In this document: one piece after another, positions 10,694-20,682 of the stretch | Layout: the number at the start of each line of letters is the position of its first letter | Position numbering within the stretch: the first letter of the stretch is position 1 | IMG/VR virus record: IMGVR_UViG_3300045988_167206 | Span: 96,001 to 160,000 of that record | Origin: a virus | DNA: 64,000 bases | Strand: one strand, 5' to 3' | Made by a program: the position numbers and the translations under genes | Notes under the pieces: generated by a model | Databases searched by the model: none | Seen by the model: only the letters and a program-made list of their open reading frames with translations | What the model was told of the DNA's origin: nothing

Positions 10694-11081
10694 AAAAATT
10701 ACCTTTAAGGGTAAAAGATATTTCAGTAGGACAATCAAAAGCATTTTCTATCCTAAAACTATCAATTGATGCATTTGCATTATATTTTAATATTGTTGTT
10801 TCTGAAATGTTATTTAAATTACAAAGTTCTTTGGTACAATCGTAAACAAGTAATACTTCTTTAATTAATATCCTGGTATCAAAATACTTTTTTAATATTG
10901 GATAAAATTTATACGATCGGATAGAAATATAACTTGTGTCATTATCATTTAAATCTAAATCACTAGAAATAATCACATCAATTTTATAAACTTTTTCATC
11001 GATAAATTTAATATGTAATTCTTTTAAATTTGATATATACCATCCATCAATAATTTCGTTTTCCATATAATCATTCTCCAT
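10686..11081 (-). CDS. hypothetical protein (131 aa)
   Basis: ORF in the tail/connector gene string; no family recognised. Confidence 0.55.
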   Translation of the reverse strand: MENDYMENEIIDGWYISNLKELHIKFIDEKVYKIDVIISSDLDLNDNDTSYISIRSYKFYPILKKYFDTRILIKEVLLVYDCTKELCNLNNISETTILKYNANASIDSFRIENAFDCPTEISFTLKGNFYV

Positions 11082-11094
11082 TTATTCCTTATAT

Positions 11095-11361
11095 TTATAA
11101 TGTTTTCACTAGCTCATAACTGATAACCAGCGGAATGATTACTAACTCAGATCCAGTATCACCGGTGTCCTGAATGTAATTATTGAGCATTATTCTGGCT
11201 ATTTTACTTGAATGAGCCTTCGTAGCATCAGTTACATCTGTAGTGAACGAATATTCAATTTTCTGTAATTTCTTTTTTAAGTACATAGGCTTACCTGAAA
11301 CAGCAGTGCCTAATACATATTTTAATTCTTGTTTTTCTAATATTTTTTCAATGTTATCCAT
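11095..11361 (-). CDS. hypothetical protein (88 aa)
   Basis: Tightly packed ORF in the structural operon. Confidence 0.55.
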   Translation of the reverse strand: MDNIEKILEKQELKYVLGTAVSGKPMYLKKKLQKIEYSFTTDVTDATKAHSSKIARIMLNNYIQDTGDTGSELVIIPLVISYELVKTL

Positions 11362-11364
11362 AAC

Positions 11365-11601
11365 TTACTCCAATGTATGCTCAAGCCATTTTTGATAAAG
11401 ATCCTGAGTTTCTTCTTTAAGAAAAATATTTACAATAATATCTTTTCCATCCTTATCAACACTAGAATAGATGTCAATAGGATATACATTATGTTTGATA
11501 TATAAATCTCTTTGCTTTGGATTTACAATTCTGATTATTTCATCGATCGTATACGGACGATATTTTAAATTCGGGTTTATAATATCTTTGTTTTTATTCA
11601 T
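11365..11601 (-). CDS. hypothetical protein (78 aa)
   Basis: Tightly packed ORF in the structural operon. Confidence 0.55.
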   Translation of the reverse strand: MNKNKDIINPNLKYRPYTIDEIIRIVNPKQRDLYIKHNVYPIDIYSSVDKDGKDIIVNIFLKEETQDLYQKWLEHTLE

Positions 11602-11704
11602 ATTCCTTATTCTCCAGAGTGAAAAAAGGGATACAACTCGAATGGTTTATTCCTTTCTGAGTTATACCCCTTTAATAAAAATCACCATTCAAAATTCAAA
11701 TTAA

Positions 11705-12163
11705 TTATTTTTTTTTACCTATATATTTCATACATTTTGGCTGCTTAATAGCAGTATTCATCACCGGATCAGAAACTTTATTTTCAACGTCTGGATCTGA
11801 TGTTGTATCGTTAACAACTGATTCAGCTAACTTGATTATATCCTCTGACACAGGAGTAACTGTTACAACTGAATCAATCATATCAAGATTGGAAGTTTCT
11901 TCTGACATGATAGTATTAATGCAGGCTTGATTGAATTCACTGTATGTATCTGTTTTGGTTAAATCACATTTTTCAAGAAGTTCTTTAGCTTCTTTTTTAG
12001 TTTTATGTTTCATATTATAACTAGATAATGTATAAAAAATATCTTTGCAATTTTCGCTGCAATAACATGCCATCCAACGAGGCAAGTGATCGAATTCAGC
12101 GCAGCCACTGCAATAAGAATATTTCTTTCCACATAAAATACATGTTTTATTGTCTCTTACCAT
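11705..12163 (-). CDS. hypothetical Zn-binding protein (N-terminal Cys cluster, acidic C-terminus)
   Basis: Start moved to MVRDNK behind AAAGGAGG. Cys cluster CILCGKKYSYCSGC...CYCSENC. Confidence 0.6.
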   Translation of the reverse strand: MVRDNKTCILCGKKYSYCSGCAEFDHLPRWMACYCSENCKDIFYTLSSYNMKHKTKKEAKELLEKCDLTKTDTYSEFNQACINTIMSEETSNLDMIDSVVTVTPVSEDIIKLAESVVNDTTSDPDVENKVSDPVMNTAIKQPKCMKYIGKKK

Positions 12164-12187
12164 ATTTGCCTCCTTTAATTTGATGGT

Positions 12188-12223
12188 AATAAAATCAGTC
12201 GGTACGATTTGACTCGTACCGAC
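12188..12223 (-). terminator. rho-independent terminator after the major tail gene
   Basis: 10-bp stem GTCGGTACGA/TCGTACCGAC followed on the minus strand by TGATTTTATT. Confidence 0.6.
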
Positions 12224-12251
12224 CATAAAATAAATTATTTAATAAGAAAGA

Positions 12252-13058
12252 TTATTCATCTTCCTCATCATCTTCTGCATAATAAATTTCATACAGAGTT
12301 TTCTCAGCAGAGCAGTAGTCCATCTGCATAGATCCAGAATACTGAAGCTGTCCATCTGTTGTTAAAGAGATTTCGATTTCCGGAGAAACCTGGAATGACG
12401 GAATCACAATATATGCTGCACGAAGTACGTCAACTTCACATGGGTCTACAACAAGTGCTTTAAGAGTAAGTTTAACAGTTGATGGGAATTTATCTCCTCT
12501 GTTAACAATTCTAGCACCTGTGTCAGCTTTTACTTTTCTTTCAAATTTGATAATAAAATTACCATCTTCAACTGTAGGAAGCGTAACAACACCTTCTGAA
12601 TATGAAAATGTGCTCTCTTTTGCAGCTGTGTCTTTAGTATAATTAGTACCTTTTGTACCATTTGTACTAAATGCACTTACTTTGATGGAATCAGCATCGA
12701 TATCTGCTGTTTCGCCAAGCTTAACAGTAGCATTTTTTTCTGTGTTCTGAGAAGCAGTAATAATTTTTGGCATATAGAGGTTGCCATCTGCACTTGTAAC
12801 AGATCCCTCACCAGCAGCTGCTGCTGCGATATTAAGATTGATCATTGCGTTATTTGCAGTAAGCTCTCCAGATTTTGCTTTCCAGAAACGTTTGATTAGA
12901 GTACCCTGATTGTCAACCGCATCTGTAGAATCAGCTGTGATGTTTACAGAAACATCCTGAAGCTGTGTCAAAACATATAATGGAGTTCCACTTTTCTTTT
13001 CTTCAGCGAATGCATACTGTACTCTATCAACAATAATGTCACCTAAATTAAATCCCAT
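12252..13058 (-). CDS. putative major tail protein
   Basis: 268-aa ORF with its own terminator. Call rests on position between the head-completion genes and the tape measure cluster, and on Thr/Ser/Ala-rich, beta-strand-like composition. Confidence 0.5.
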   Translation of the reverse strand: MGFNLGDIIVDRVQYAFAEEKKSGTPLYVLTQLQDVSVNITADSTDAVDNQGTLIKRFWKAKSGELTANNAMINLNIAAAAAGEGSVTSADGNLYMPKIITASQNTEKNATVKLGETADIDADSIKVSAFSTNGTKGTNYTKDTAAKESTFSYSEGVVTLPTVEDGNFIIKFERKVKADTGARIVNRGDKFPSTVKLTLKALVVDPCEVDVLRAAYIVIPSFQVSPEIEISLTTDGQLQYSGSMQMDYCSAEKTLYEIYYAEDDEEDE

Positions 13059-13112
13059 TATGATTTTCCTCCTTTAGAATTTTTAGAAATGTGTTAGAAA
13101 TGTATAAAAAGA

Positions 13113-13886
13113 CTAATTCTTATGAGATAGATCTCTCATGAAATTAAAGTCATCTTTATTAATTTTGGATGCGTCAATAAATCCGCTATAGATACCTTTA
13201 AGTAAGGCAGTAGAAGATTCATAAATTTGAAGTCTTTGTACACTGTCCATAAATTCGACAATGCCAACTTCTTTTAATTCATTTTTTTTATACTTAAAAC
13301 CGGGATGATTTAAACACGAAGAAATGAGTGGTAGAAGAGTAGACTTGTATTTATCATTTTTATGGAGTTCATAATTTTGACGATCTTCCCAGATTATAGA
13401 TTTTTTTGTCGCCTTACCTTTGGCTTTCTCAGTTTTTGGGAATATATTGAACATAGTTTTAAGATATAATGCCAGGGCTTGATAAGTAGATTCATCAATT
13501 AGATAATCCTGATCATTATTATATAGAAAGAAGTACGGATCACCGTCTTCAGTTTTATCTTGATATAATTTAAATAATTGGAAATCCAAATCACCGAATA
13601 GCAATTTGGTTGAGTCTTGAGTTAACGTTGGAGCTAACATGCAGAATAGATTAAAATCAGAAAGTTTATTCCAGTCAATACCCATATTCCATAATTGTAA
13701 TCTGTACATAGTTGGATTAGCAATTAAGGTATTCAGTCCAGAATATACTTTTTTTTCACCTTCATGAATAATGTCACCTATAGTGGGCTGAAAAATAGTA
13801 ATATCATTTGCAGATTCAGAAGGAATACTGAATGGTTCTCCAAAATATAATTGAAGAGCATCAACTTCAAACTCTGAAGTTGTCAT
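13113..13886 (-). CDS. hypothetical structural-module protein
   Basis: Start moved to MTTSEFEV (AGGAAGGA SD); tight coupling with the upstream gene. Confidence 0.6.
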   Translation of the reverse strand: MTTSEFEVDALQLYFGEPFSIPSESANDITIFQPTIGDIIHEGEKKVYSGLNTLIANPTMYRLQLWNMGIDWNKLSDFNLFCMLAPTLTQDSTKLLFGDLDFQLFKLYQDKTEDGDPYFFLYNNDQDYLIDESTYQALALYLKTMFNIFPKTEKAKGKATKKSIIWEDRQNYELHKNDKYKSTLLPLISSCLNHPGFKYKKNELKEVGIVEFMDSVQRLQIYESSTALLKGIYSGFIDASKINKDDFNFMRDLSHKN

Positions 13887-14475
13887 ATTTATTATTCCTT
13901 CCTGCATAAATACCATTTGGACATTCAATCTTAAATTTTAAAGTCCTGCAATAATAACGAGTGTCAACAATATCTCCAAAATCAGCGATACATTTAAGCT
14001 GCTTGCCAAAAGCATTGGTCCAACATAAAAGATCTTTTACGATATAACTTAATAAATCAGTTCTCATAATTTCATATTCTGTTTCTACATCGTCTTCATG
14101 CACCAGACACATAACTTCGATGATCTGATTTTTAATAGATTCATTTACGTATGATACGCTATCATCATTGATATCAAACATGATAAAATTTAAAACTTCC
14201 TTATTAATACCGTTTAACTTTAGCATAGGGATAATTTGTTTTTTATCAACTCGTTTATTGTATTCTAAAATAAGATTTCGTTCCTCCAGCTCTTGCTCTG
14301 TAGGATGTTCTTTATCCGCAAATTTATTTAAAGGCCGTTTATCCTTTTTCCCTAGTATTTCGTTTAAATCAGGATCTGCCTCAAAGATTTCTTGGAGTTT
14401 ATTTTTTTTATAAATAATATCATTATTCTTTTTATCCTCAAGATCTCTTTTTATATTAAAAATATCTCTAATCAT
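13867..14475 (-). CDS. hypothetical structural-module protein
   Basis: Start moved to MIRDIFNIK, which overlaps the stop of the upstream gene. Confidence 0.6.
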   Translation of the reverse strand: MIRDIFNIKRDLEDKKNNDIIYKKNKLQEIFEADPDLNEILGKKDKRPLNKFADKEHPTEQELEERNLILEYNKRVDKKQIIPMLKLNGINKEVLNFIMFDINDDSVSYVNESIKNQIIEVMCLVHEDDVETEYEIMRTDLLSYIVKDLLCWTNAFGKQLKCIADFGDIVDTRYYCRTLKFKIECPNGIYAGRNNKYDNFRV

Positions 14476-15682
14476 CGTCAACCACCTCCAGTACAATTGA
14501 TGACATATTATCACCATTATTATCTGTAGCAGAAAGAGTAAATCGTTTTCCAATTAAGCTCTTTGCTTTCCCTGGCTTAATCGATATAGACACATTATCT
14601 AACACAGTCATTTTCATTAACTTATTATAATAGGAAGTTTCTCTTTCAGAATACTCATTATTTTCATCAATAATATGTAAATTCCATTCAGATGTCATAT
14701 CCGAATAAGGGAGAGTGTACTCAAAATAAGAATTCTTTCCTATATATAATACTTGTCGTGATCTATCAATTAAAGGTTCTAATTCGCCATCATCATTTAA
14801 TGTCATCCACTGAATATGTGAATTTGTCTTCATCATTTGAGGATGCTGAATAGTTTCTGTTTTTTGATCTCCGGATTCTGTGTAATAATCACAGATACGT
14901 AGCTGAATGTTATCTGTTTTATTATTTAGCTCATCCTGTTTAATGGATAGTTTAATAATTCCAGATGGGTTTAAATCGATTATTTTTGTTACCTGATATA
15001 CTTTCGGATCAAAAATATTATTTGTAAGCATAAAACGTTGTTCATGCATAATAGTTCTGGTATCTCCTAATTTTAAGGTATACATATCATTTCCGTATGC
15101 GTAATATAGATCAGGCACCCAAGCAGCAGTCAAATTATCAAGCGAAGAACTTAATTCATCGGTCCACTTACCAGAAGTGTAGGAATTTGCTGATCTATTC
15201 GCACCCCAACAGGAATATAATTCATTTTTATAAATCCATTGAAATTTCCAATTACATTTTAAAATATTATATCTAACATAAGCGGCAGCGTCATCTCTAC
15301 CAACAATGAACCATAATTGTGTTATTCGTTCATTTGGAAGAGAGAATGGATTATCAAGTTCGTGCCCGGATATATTAATATCAAAGTCAGTATCATCAGG
15401 AACAAACACATAGCTTCCAATTGGATAATGAACTTTAGGCCGAAATTGTAAATAATAATCCACTGCGTCTTTAAGAATAGATAGTTTGGAATGACGTTGA
15501 TATTTAGCATCTTCCCATTTCCATCCATCGCGAGTTAATATGTAAACTCTTTTATATTGTGCATCAGCAGTAAAAGTAGAATTTATTATCATATCAGATT
15601 GAGTTCTTTTTATTTGTGCTAAATTACCGCCTTGTGATGCCAAGTGACTTTTATACATATCAGCAGTAATCATTAAACTCAA
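14468..15682 (-). CDS. hypothetical structural-module protein (404 aa)
   Basis: Long ORF between the head and tail genes. Confidence 0.65.
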   Translation of the reverse strand: MSLMITADMYKSHLASQGGNLAQIKRTQSDMIINSTFTADAQYKRVYILTRDGWKWEDAKYQRHSKLSILKDAVDYYLQFRPKVHYPIGSYVFVPDDTDFDINISGHELDNPFSLPNERITQLWFIVGRDDAAAYVRYNILKCNWKFQWIYKNELYSCWGANRSANSYTSGKWTDELSSSLDNLTAAWVPDLYYAYGNDMYTLKLGDTRTIMHEQRFMLTNNIFDPKVYQVTKIIDLNPSGIIKLSIKQDELNNKTDNIQLRICDYYTESGDQKTETIQHPQMMKTNSHIQWMTLNDDGELEPLIDRSRQVLYIGKNSYFEYTLPYSDMTSEWNLHIIDENNEYSERETSYYNKLMKMTVLDNVSISIKPGKAKSLIGKRFTLSATDNNGDNMSSIVLEVVDDD

Positions 15683-16011
15683 CTCCTTGAATTGATTTTA
15701 TCTACTTCATGATGAGCGTCTAATATTAATTTTCTGTATGATTGATAGTCAAAATCCTCGTCTTGATGAGCTTCATCCCAGGCCGCTTGTAATAGGCTCA
15801 TAATAGTAATGATTTCAACAGGATAATCAAGTATTTTATTAAGACCATCAATACGTAACATCAAATTAATAAAATATTTGTCAAAGTCAACATTAAATTC
15901 ATCTTTTGTTTTTGGGTCTTTATATAAGAGCAACCAAAACAAATCTTTGTGCAATTTTACTTTATAGTCTTCGAATTGTTTGTCATCAAAATGTCCATAT
16001 ATTGTTTTCAT
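15679..16011 (-). CDS. hypothetical head-tail joining region protein
   Basis: ORF with a 4-nt overlap to its neighbour. Confidence 0.6.
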   Translation of the reverse strand: MKTIYGHFDDKQFEDYKVKLHKDLFWLLLYKDPKTKDEFNVDFDKYFINLMLRIDGLNKILDYPVEIITIMSLLQAAWDEAHQDEDFDYQSYRKLILDAHHEVDKINSRS

Positions 16012-16475
16012 TATGATTCACCATCCAAATAACTATTCCAAATATAACCTCTGTCTCTTATAAGGTTTCGCTGTTCTCTGACAAGACTATCTCTTAAGTC
16101 TTTTAATGTGCTTAGATGAGCAGCCTGTGAAAAGAATTTTTCTTCAGATGATCCAAAAATCTGTGATATATTATTCAGATTATTAATTTTAGGAGTGATC
16201 CATTCAATGACCAATCCAATGCCAACTACATCAGTAATTAGTTCTTTATCAAAATCATCATCTACTGAATATTTCATAGTGTAATCAAATTGCTGAATTT
16301 CATCATGAAATTTGGTACTGGTAAATAATCTGTAAATATACGGTTTATGAATAGCCGAATGCATCCAATCGCACAAAAATACATTCAGATCGTCATCTCT
16401 TAAGTCTAAAAGATCATATGCAGAGGCTTTTAAACGAAACTTAGAATAAATTTCTTCATAATTTAATGAAGGCAT
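16011..16475 (-). CDS. hypothetical head-tail joining region protein
   Basis: ORF translationally coupled to its neighbours. Confidence 0.6.
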   Translation of the reverse strand: MPSLNYEEIYSKFRLKASAYDLLDLRDDDLNVFLCDWMHSAIHKPYIYRLFTSTKFHDEIQQFDYTMKYSVDDDFDKELITDVVGIGLVIEWITPKINNLNNISQIFGSSEEKFFSQAAHLSTLKDLRDSLVREQRNLIRDRGYIWNSYLDGES

Positions 16476-16493
16476 AAAACACCTCCAAACAAA

Positions 16494-17066
16494 TTAATTA
16501 AACAATCCAGTCATAACAGTCATGTCTGTATCAAAGATTTCATCAAGAATTTTGATTTTCTTGACACTATCAAGTCTTCCATCGCTTACCATTTTTGAGG
16601 CGAGATGACTAATAGAAGTCTGAGCACCTTCAGGAAGTGAGAGAATAGTAGCTTTCATACTTGCTGGATCAAGATCAAGAATTACATCTTCAAGCTCACC
16701 AACAGAATAAAGAGATTCATAAAGCTTTTTAATCTGTGGATAGTGTTCAATCATCTCAGAATCTTCAATTACAAAAAGAGGACGCATAATATATCCATTG
16801 TGAGAACGAATAGCAGCAAGTAAATCCTGATACTCAACTTCAACAACATCACCGGCATCAACCCATTCGTAAAGAATGCTTGATTTAAGACCTGACATAT
16901 AAAGTCCACCCTGTGTAATGGATTTACATGGAATTCCATCAGTAGGAGAGTAAACCTTCTCAACTTTCTTTTCTTCTTTAATGCTTTCTTTTTCTACAGT
17001 AACATTATCTGTATTAACTGGTTCTGTTTTGGTATTTACATTTTTGGTTTTCATAGCGGTAGCCAT
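16494..17066 (-). CDS. hypothetical protein downstream of the capsid gene
   Basis: ORF with AAAGGAG SD after the capsid terminator. Confidence 0.6.
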   Translation of the reverse strand: MATAMKTKNVNTKTEPVNTDNVTVEKESIKEEKKVEKVYSPTDGIPCKSITQGGLYMSGLKSSILYEWVDAGDVVEVEYQDLLAAIRSHNGYIMRPLFVIEDSEMIEHYPQIKKLYESLYSVGELEDVILDLDPASMKATILSLPEGAQTSISHLASKMVSDGRLDSVKKIKILDEIFDTDMTVMTGLFN

Positions 17067-17088
17067 TTTATTTTCTCCTTTTATTCAA

Positions 17089-17146
17089 ATGCGGTATACC
17101 AATAAAGATATACCGCATATTCTATATAAGTTAATCAAAACTAACT
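17089..17146 (-). promoter_or_regulatory. conserved 18-nt block plus 10-bp hairpin just after the capsid gene stop
   Basis: Plus-strand AGTTAATCAAAACTAACT (17129-17146) matches 16 of 18 nt with 18844-18861. It is followed on the minus strand by the hairpin ATGCGGTATA/TATACCGCAT. Confidence 0.5.
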
Positions 17147-17159
17147 AAATGGCCTAAAA

Positions 17160-18296
17160 TTAGGCGATTGTCCATTCTCCGAAGTAGCGTCCAAGCTGAC
17201 ATCCAACACCCATAGCTCTCTGTACTTCGTATTTCATCGTATCATCCATACGTGCAGCTTTCTCTGTTACTTCAGTAATTTCTGTTTCACCAACATCAAC
17301 AAATTTGATAAATTTATCTTCAACCTGTGGCATGAAGAATAATTTCTTTGGATCCAGAAGTTTCTTTGAAGTATCGTTCAGAGCGAATCTCTGAGGAAGT
17401 TCAAATAAAGTATACGGTCCATAATAACCAAGTCTTCCCATTGTAGCCATATCTCTTTTCTGATCATCTGAAATCCAATTAATATCAATCAGATTAGAGA
17501 ACTGCTGAAGACCTGTTCTGGTTCCCATAATTACAACCTGTGCTCCATCATTAGCCATAGATACATCTTCAAGAAGAGTATCAATTTTATCTTTCATATC
17601 TTTAGTGATAGCACCTGTTCCACGGAACTGAGCCGGGAGTTTCTTTCCAGCATTCATCATTTCAGCAAAAATATCATTCTGAATTTTTCTTACGAAAGCA
17701 GCGGCGCACTGATCGGTAAGTTTTGCCCAATCATATCTTCCTGCAAGATATAAATCAATATCAGCACCAACAGCAATACCATAAACAGATGTGGTTACTG
17801 TATAGCTTTCTCCAGAACCAAGTCTCTGGAGTGTAAAATCATGATGATCACCCGAAATTTTAGTAACTGACAGGATAACTTTATCATCTGTCCAGAATTC
17901 CTGAGAATCACCACGAGCAAGGTTTCTCTGTTCTACGTAATTATTAAAGAATTCAGATTCTTTAAAACCTGTCTCAACCTTAATATCAATTTCTTCTTCC
18001 ATAACTTCAAACAGTTCCATACCATGTCTCTTCATAGCACGATCTCTTTGACGTTTAGTAGATTTTTCATCTAATCCCATAATAGCAAATACAAATTTAC
18101 GAACTGCATTTTCAGCATCTTTCTTAGGAATTCTATTTCCTTCTTCATCAAAAATCTCATTCGGATTATGATTTAACTCATATGTAAGTCTTTTGAATCC
18201 TTCAAAATTTTCCTCTGGTGTTACACCATCTTCGCATAAATCTGTAAATACTTTCTTTGTATGTTCACTTAAATCATTAAAACAAATTTTATTCAT
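17160..18296 (-). CDS. putative major capsid protein
   Basis: 378-aa ORF flanked by strong hairpin terminators. Position is portal, scaffold-like gene, small head protein, then this gene. Assigned by synteny only. Confidence 0.55.
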   Translation of the reverse strand: MNKICFNDLSEHTKKVFTDLCEDGVTPEENFEGFKRLTYELNHNPNEIFDEEGNRIPKKDAENAVRKFVFAIMGLDEKSTKRQRDRAMKRHGMELFEVMEEEIDIKVETGFKESEFFNNYVEQRNLARGDSQEFWTDDKVILSVTKISGDHHDFTLQRLGSGESYTVTTSVYGIAVGADIDLYLAGRYDWAKLTDQCAAAFVRKIQNDIFAEMMNAGKKLPAQFRGTGAITKDMKDKIDTLLEDVSMANDGAQVVIMGTRTGLQQFSNLIDINWISDDQKRDMATMGRLGYYGPYTLFELPQRFALNDTSKKLLDPKKLFFMPQVEDKFIKFVDVGETEITEVTEKAARMDDTMKYEVQRAMGVGCQLGRYFGEWTIA

Positions 18297-18314
18297 TATT
18301 TATTCACCCCTTCC

Positions 18315-18779
18315 TTATTCGCTAATCTTTAGCTTTCTATTTTCACAAGTTACAGTTTTTTCGGCTTCAGGAGTACCGGTAAATCCTTCTGCGGATACTT
18401 CGAAAACATCACCTGTATGAAGAGCATATCCACGAACAGTATCACCTTTTGCATTATAGAAATTTGATTCTTTTTTCCATGTGTTTGTCCAATCTTCAGC
18501 AATAAATGCCTGCATATAAACAAACAGAGCATCTCCTGGCTCAACAACCTCTACGTACCAATTTCCATTTGCAGCCTGCTTCTGAATTTTTCCTTCAAAT
18601 TCAGTTACGGTTCCTTCCTCGTATAAATCAAGATCAAGGAATTTTCCTTTAGCAACTAACTGACCATTATCTGTATCATTTTTTAGCTCAATATTATAAA
18701 TGTGCTCTCCACCCTGCTGTGCAACAAGCTTAGATGGAAACGCAATAGCATGTTTTTCAATTGCATATTTAATAGCCAT
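18315..18779 (-). CDS. hypothetical head protein (154 aa)
   Basis: ORF directly upstream of the capsid gene, with its own SD. Confidence 0.6.
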   Translation of the reverse strand: MAIKYAIEKHAIAFPSKLVAQQGGEHIYNIELKNDTDNGQLVAKGKFLDLDLYEEGTVTEFEGKIQKQAANGNWYVEVVEPGDALFVYMQAFIAEDWTNTWKKESNFYNAKGDTVRGYALHTGDVFEVSAEGFTGTPEAEKTVTCENRKLKISE

Positions 18780-18816
18780 TTTTTTTAGCTCCTTTCATAT
18801 TTTTAGGCATAAAAAT

Positions 18817-18861
18817 AAGATCAGAATTTCTGATCTTAAATAAAGTTAAATAAAACTAACT
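18817..18861 (-). promoter_or_regulatory. conserved 18-nt block plus hairpin just after the scaffold-like gene stop
   Basis: Plus-strand AGTTAAATAAAACTAACT (18844-18861), then the hairpin AAGATCA/TGATCTT with a T-run on the minus strand. Confidence 0.5.
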
Positions 18862-18885
18862 CAACAATATAAAAATTACTTATTT

Positions 18886-20436
18886 TTATTTGACAGAAAA
18901 TAAAGAACCGAATTTATTCTTTTTCTGTGTAGATTTAACATTTGCAAGACCAACTTTTGCAGCTGGTTTCTTTGTATTAACTGGTTCTTCAATTGCAGAA
19001 AAGTTAAGTTTTCCAGCTTTTGCGTAAGACAAAAGAATACCATCTAATTTTTCTTTTAACTCATCTACTGTAAATTCCTTATGATCGTTCATAAGAGTAG
19101 TGAATTCTTCAGTCTCTTTGATTCCTTTATAGTCATCTATTGCAAATAAAGCATCCTTATTTGCATCTTCCTCAGCCTTTTCGTATTTCTGCAGTTTCTC
19201 AGAAATAGCAGCATAATTTGAACGCATACTCTGAAGTTCAGAATACTCAGAATCCGTTAAAAGTTCACGATGAAGATTATATCTTTCACCATCAAAAGCA
19301 ACATTATCACCATCTTTTGTATAGTTCTGTCCGTAGATTTTATCTCCATCCCAATTTTCATATGTAAAATGAGAGTCATATACTGAATTAATAAAATACC
19401 ATTCATTATCAGCTTCTTCATAAGAATCAAGAAGAGTATAAAGCGCATAACGAATATCACTATGAGATAACTCAAAAGATTTTACAAAATTCTCTGGTTC
19501 CTGTTCTGGATTATTTTCTTCGAATGCTTTAGCAAAAGCAGATTCCAGTTCTTCATCTGATAGATCTTTATATTCAAATGTAACATCTTCTACGGTTTTA
19601 CCGTATTTCTGTAAAAGTTCTTCAAATTTATTCACCTGATTCTCCTCCTTTCCTTCAGCATTATTTATATTGAAATTAGAGAGAGTAGTGTTAATTTTCT
19701 CTAATGTTTCAACCAATTTAGAATTAATATCAAAATCTACATACATAGAATTTTTCTTAGAATCAAAATCAGCAAGCTGAACATTACTTCCGGCCATACC
19801 TGGTCCAACATTTTCATTAAGAAGAGTAAGCCCACCTACATAATAATCATCAAGGTTTAATACTTTATCTTTGGCATTAAATGACAACTCGCGAATACTT
19901 AATTCAACACTACAATCAACTTTTTCTCTTCGTTCCATAATATCGACAGCATCCTGGCAATATCCTTCCCAAAGATAACCTTGAATCATAGCTCTGTTTA
20001 CACCGGCTTCTTTATCATATTCAATACTATAATCTTTCTTAATTACACCAACTGGACGTTCCTGATAGATAAATGTTTCATTTCCGTCTTCATCTGTCTC
20101 GACAGTAAAATCATGGGATCCGAAATCTTTGTTTCCGTCAGCATTTTCAATAATGTTAGCCAAGATTGGTCTATATGGAATCGATTGAGTATTTTCCTCA
20201 AAGACATCTTCATTAATATTAGATTTATTTAAATTTACATGATCGTGATAGGCAGCTGCGACAAATGGCTTTAAGCCTTCTGTATGCTTATTATCATCAG
20301 ATTCTCCAAATGTAGCTACGGCAGGCATCTGAACACAAATTTCTGCGTTTGATTCTTTACTGCTAAATTTTGCAAAATTATTTTGTATACAAAATTCAAT
20401 TAAATCGTCAATAGTTAAATATTTCTTTTTAATCAT
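18886..20436 (-). CDS. putative scaffolding or prohead-processing protein (516 aa, acidic coiled-coil C-terminal half)
   Basis: Lies between portal and capsid. The C-terminal half is E/K-rich. Function inferred from position only. Confidence 0.5.
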   Translation of the reverse strand: MIKKKYLTIDDLIEFCIQNNFAKFSSKESNAEICVQMPAVATFGESDDNKHTEGLKPFVAAAYHDHVNLNKSNINEDVFEENTQSIPYRPILANIIENADGNKDFGSHDFTVETDEDGNETFIYQERPVGVIKKDYSIEYDKEAGVNRAMIQGYLWEGYCQDAVDIMERREKVDCSVELSIRELSFNAKDKVLNLDDYYVGGLTLLNENVGPGMAGSNVQLADFDSKKNSMYVDFDINSKLVETLEKINTTLSNFNINNAEGKEENQVNKFEELLQKYGKTVEDVTFEYKDLSDEELESAFAKAFEENNPEQEPENFVKSFELSHSDIRYALYTLLDSYEEADNEWYFINSVYDSHFTYENWDGDKIYGQNYTKDGDNVAFDGERYNLHRELLTDSEYSELQSMRSNYAAISEKLQKYEKAEEDANKDALFAIDDYKGIKETEEFTTLMNDHKEFTVDELKEKLDGILLSYAKAGKLNFSAIEEPVNTKKPAAKVGLANVKSTQKKNKFGSLFSVK

Positions 20437-20454
20437 AGTTCCTCCTTTCTTTGA

Positions 20455-20486
20455 GTATAAAAATACTCCTCAAATAGAAGAGGAGT
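20455..20486 (-). terminator. rho-independent terminator
   Basis: Stem ACTCCTC/GAGGAGT followed on the minus strand by ATTTTTAT. Confidence 0.5.
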
Positions 20487-20488
20487 GA

Positions 20489-20677
20489 TTAAATACATAA
20501 AGTATTTGTATATACAAGGCCACTTAAATTATTAAATAGCATCTTGGCATCATTTAAAAAAATCCATTGATCTCCATCTTGTTTTAATAATTTAAAACCA
20601 GTTTTTAATAAGAGATCTGCGGATTCATCATTTTTAGTAATTATAAATTTTGATTCATTATTTATCATATAATTCAT
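20489..20677 (-). CDS. hypothetical protein (62 aa)
   Basis: Small ORF between the portal and scaffold-like genes. Confidence 0.45.
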   Translation of the reverse strand: MNYMINNESKFIITKNDESADLLLKTGFKLLKQDGDQWIFLNDAKMLFNNLSGLVYTNTLCI

Positions 20678-20682
20678 CCATC

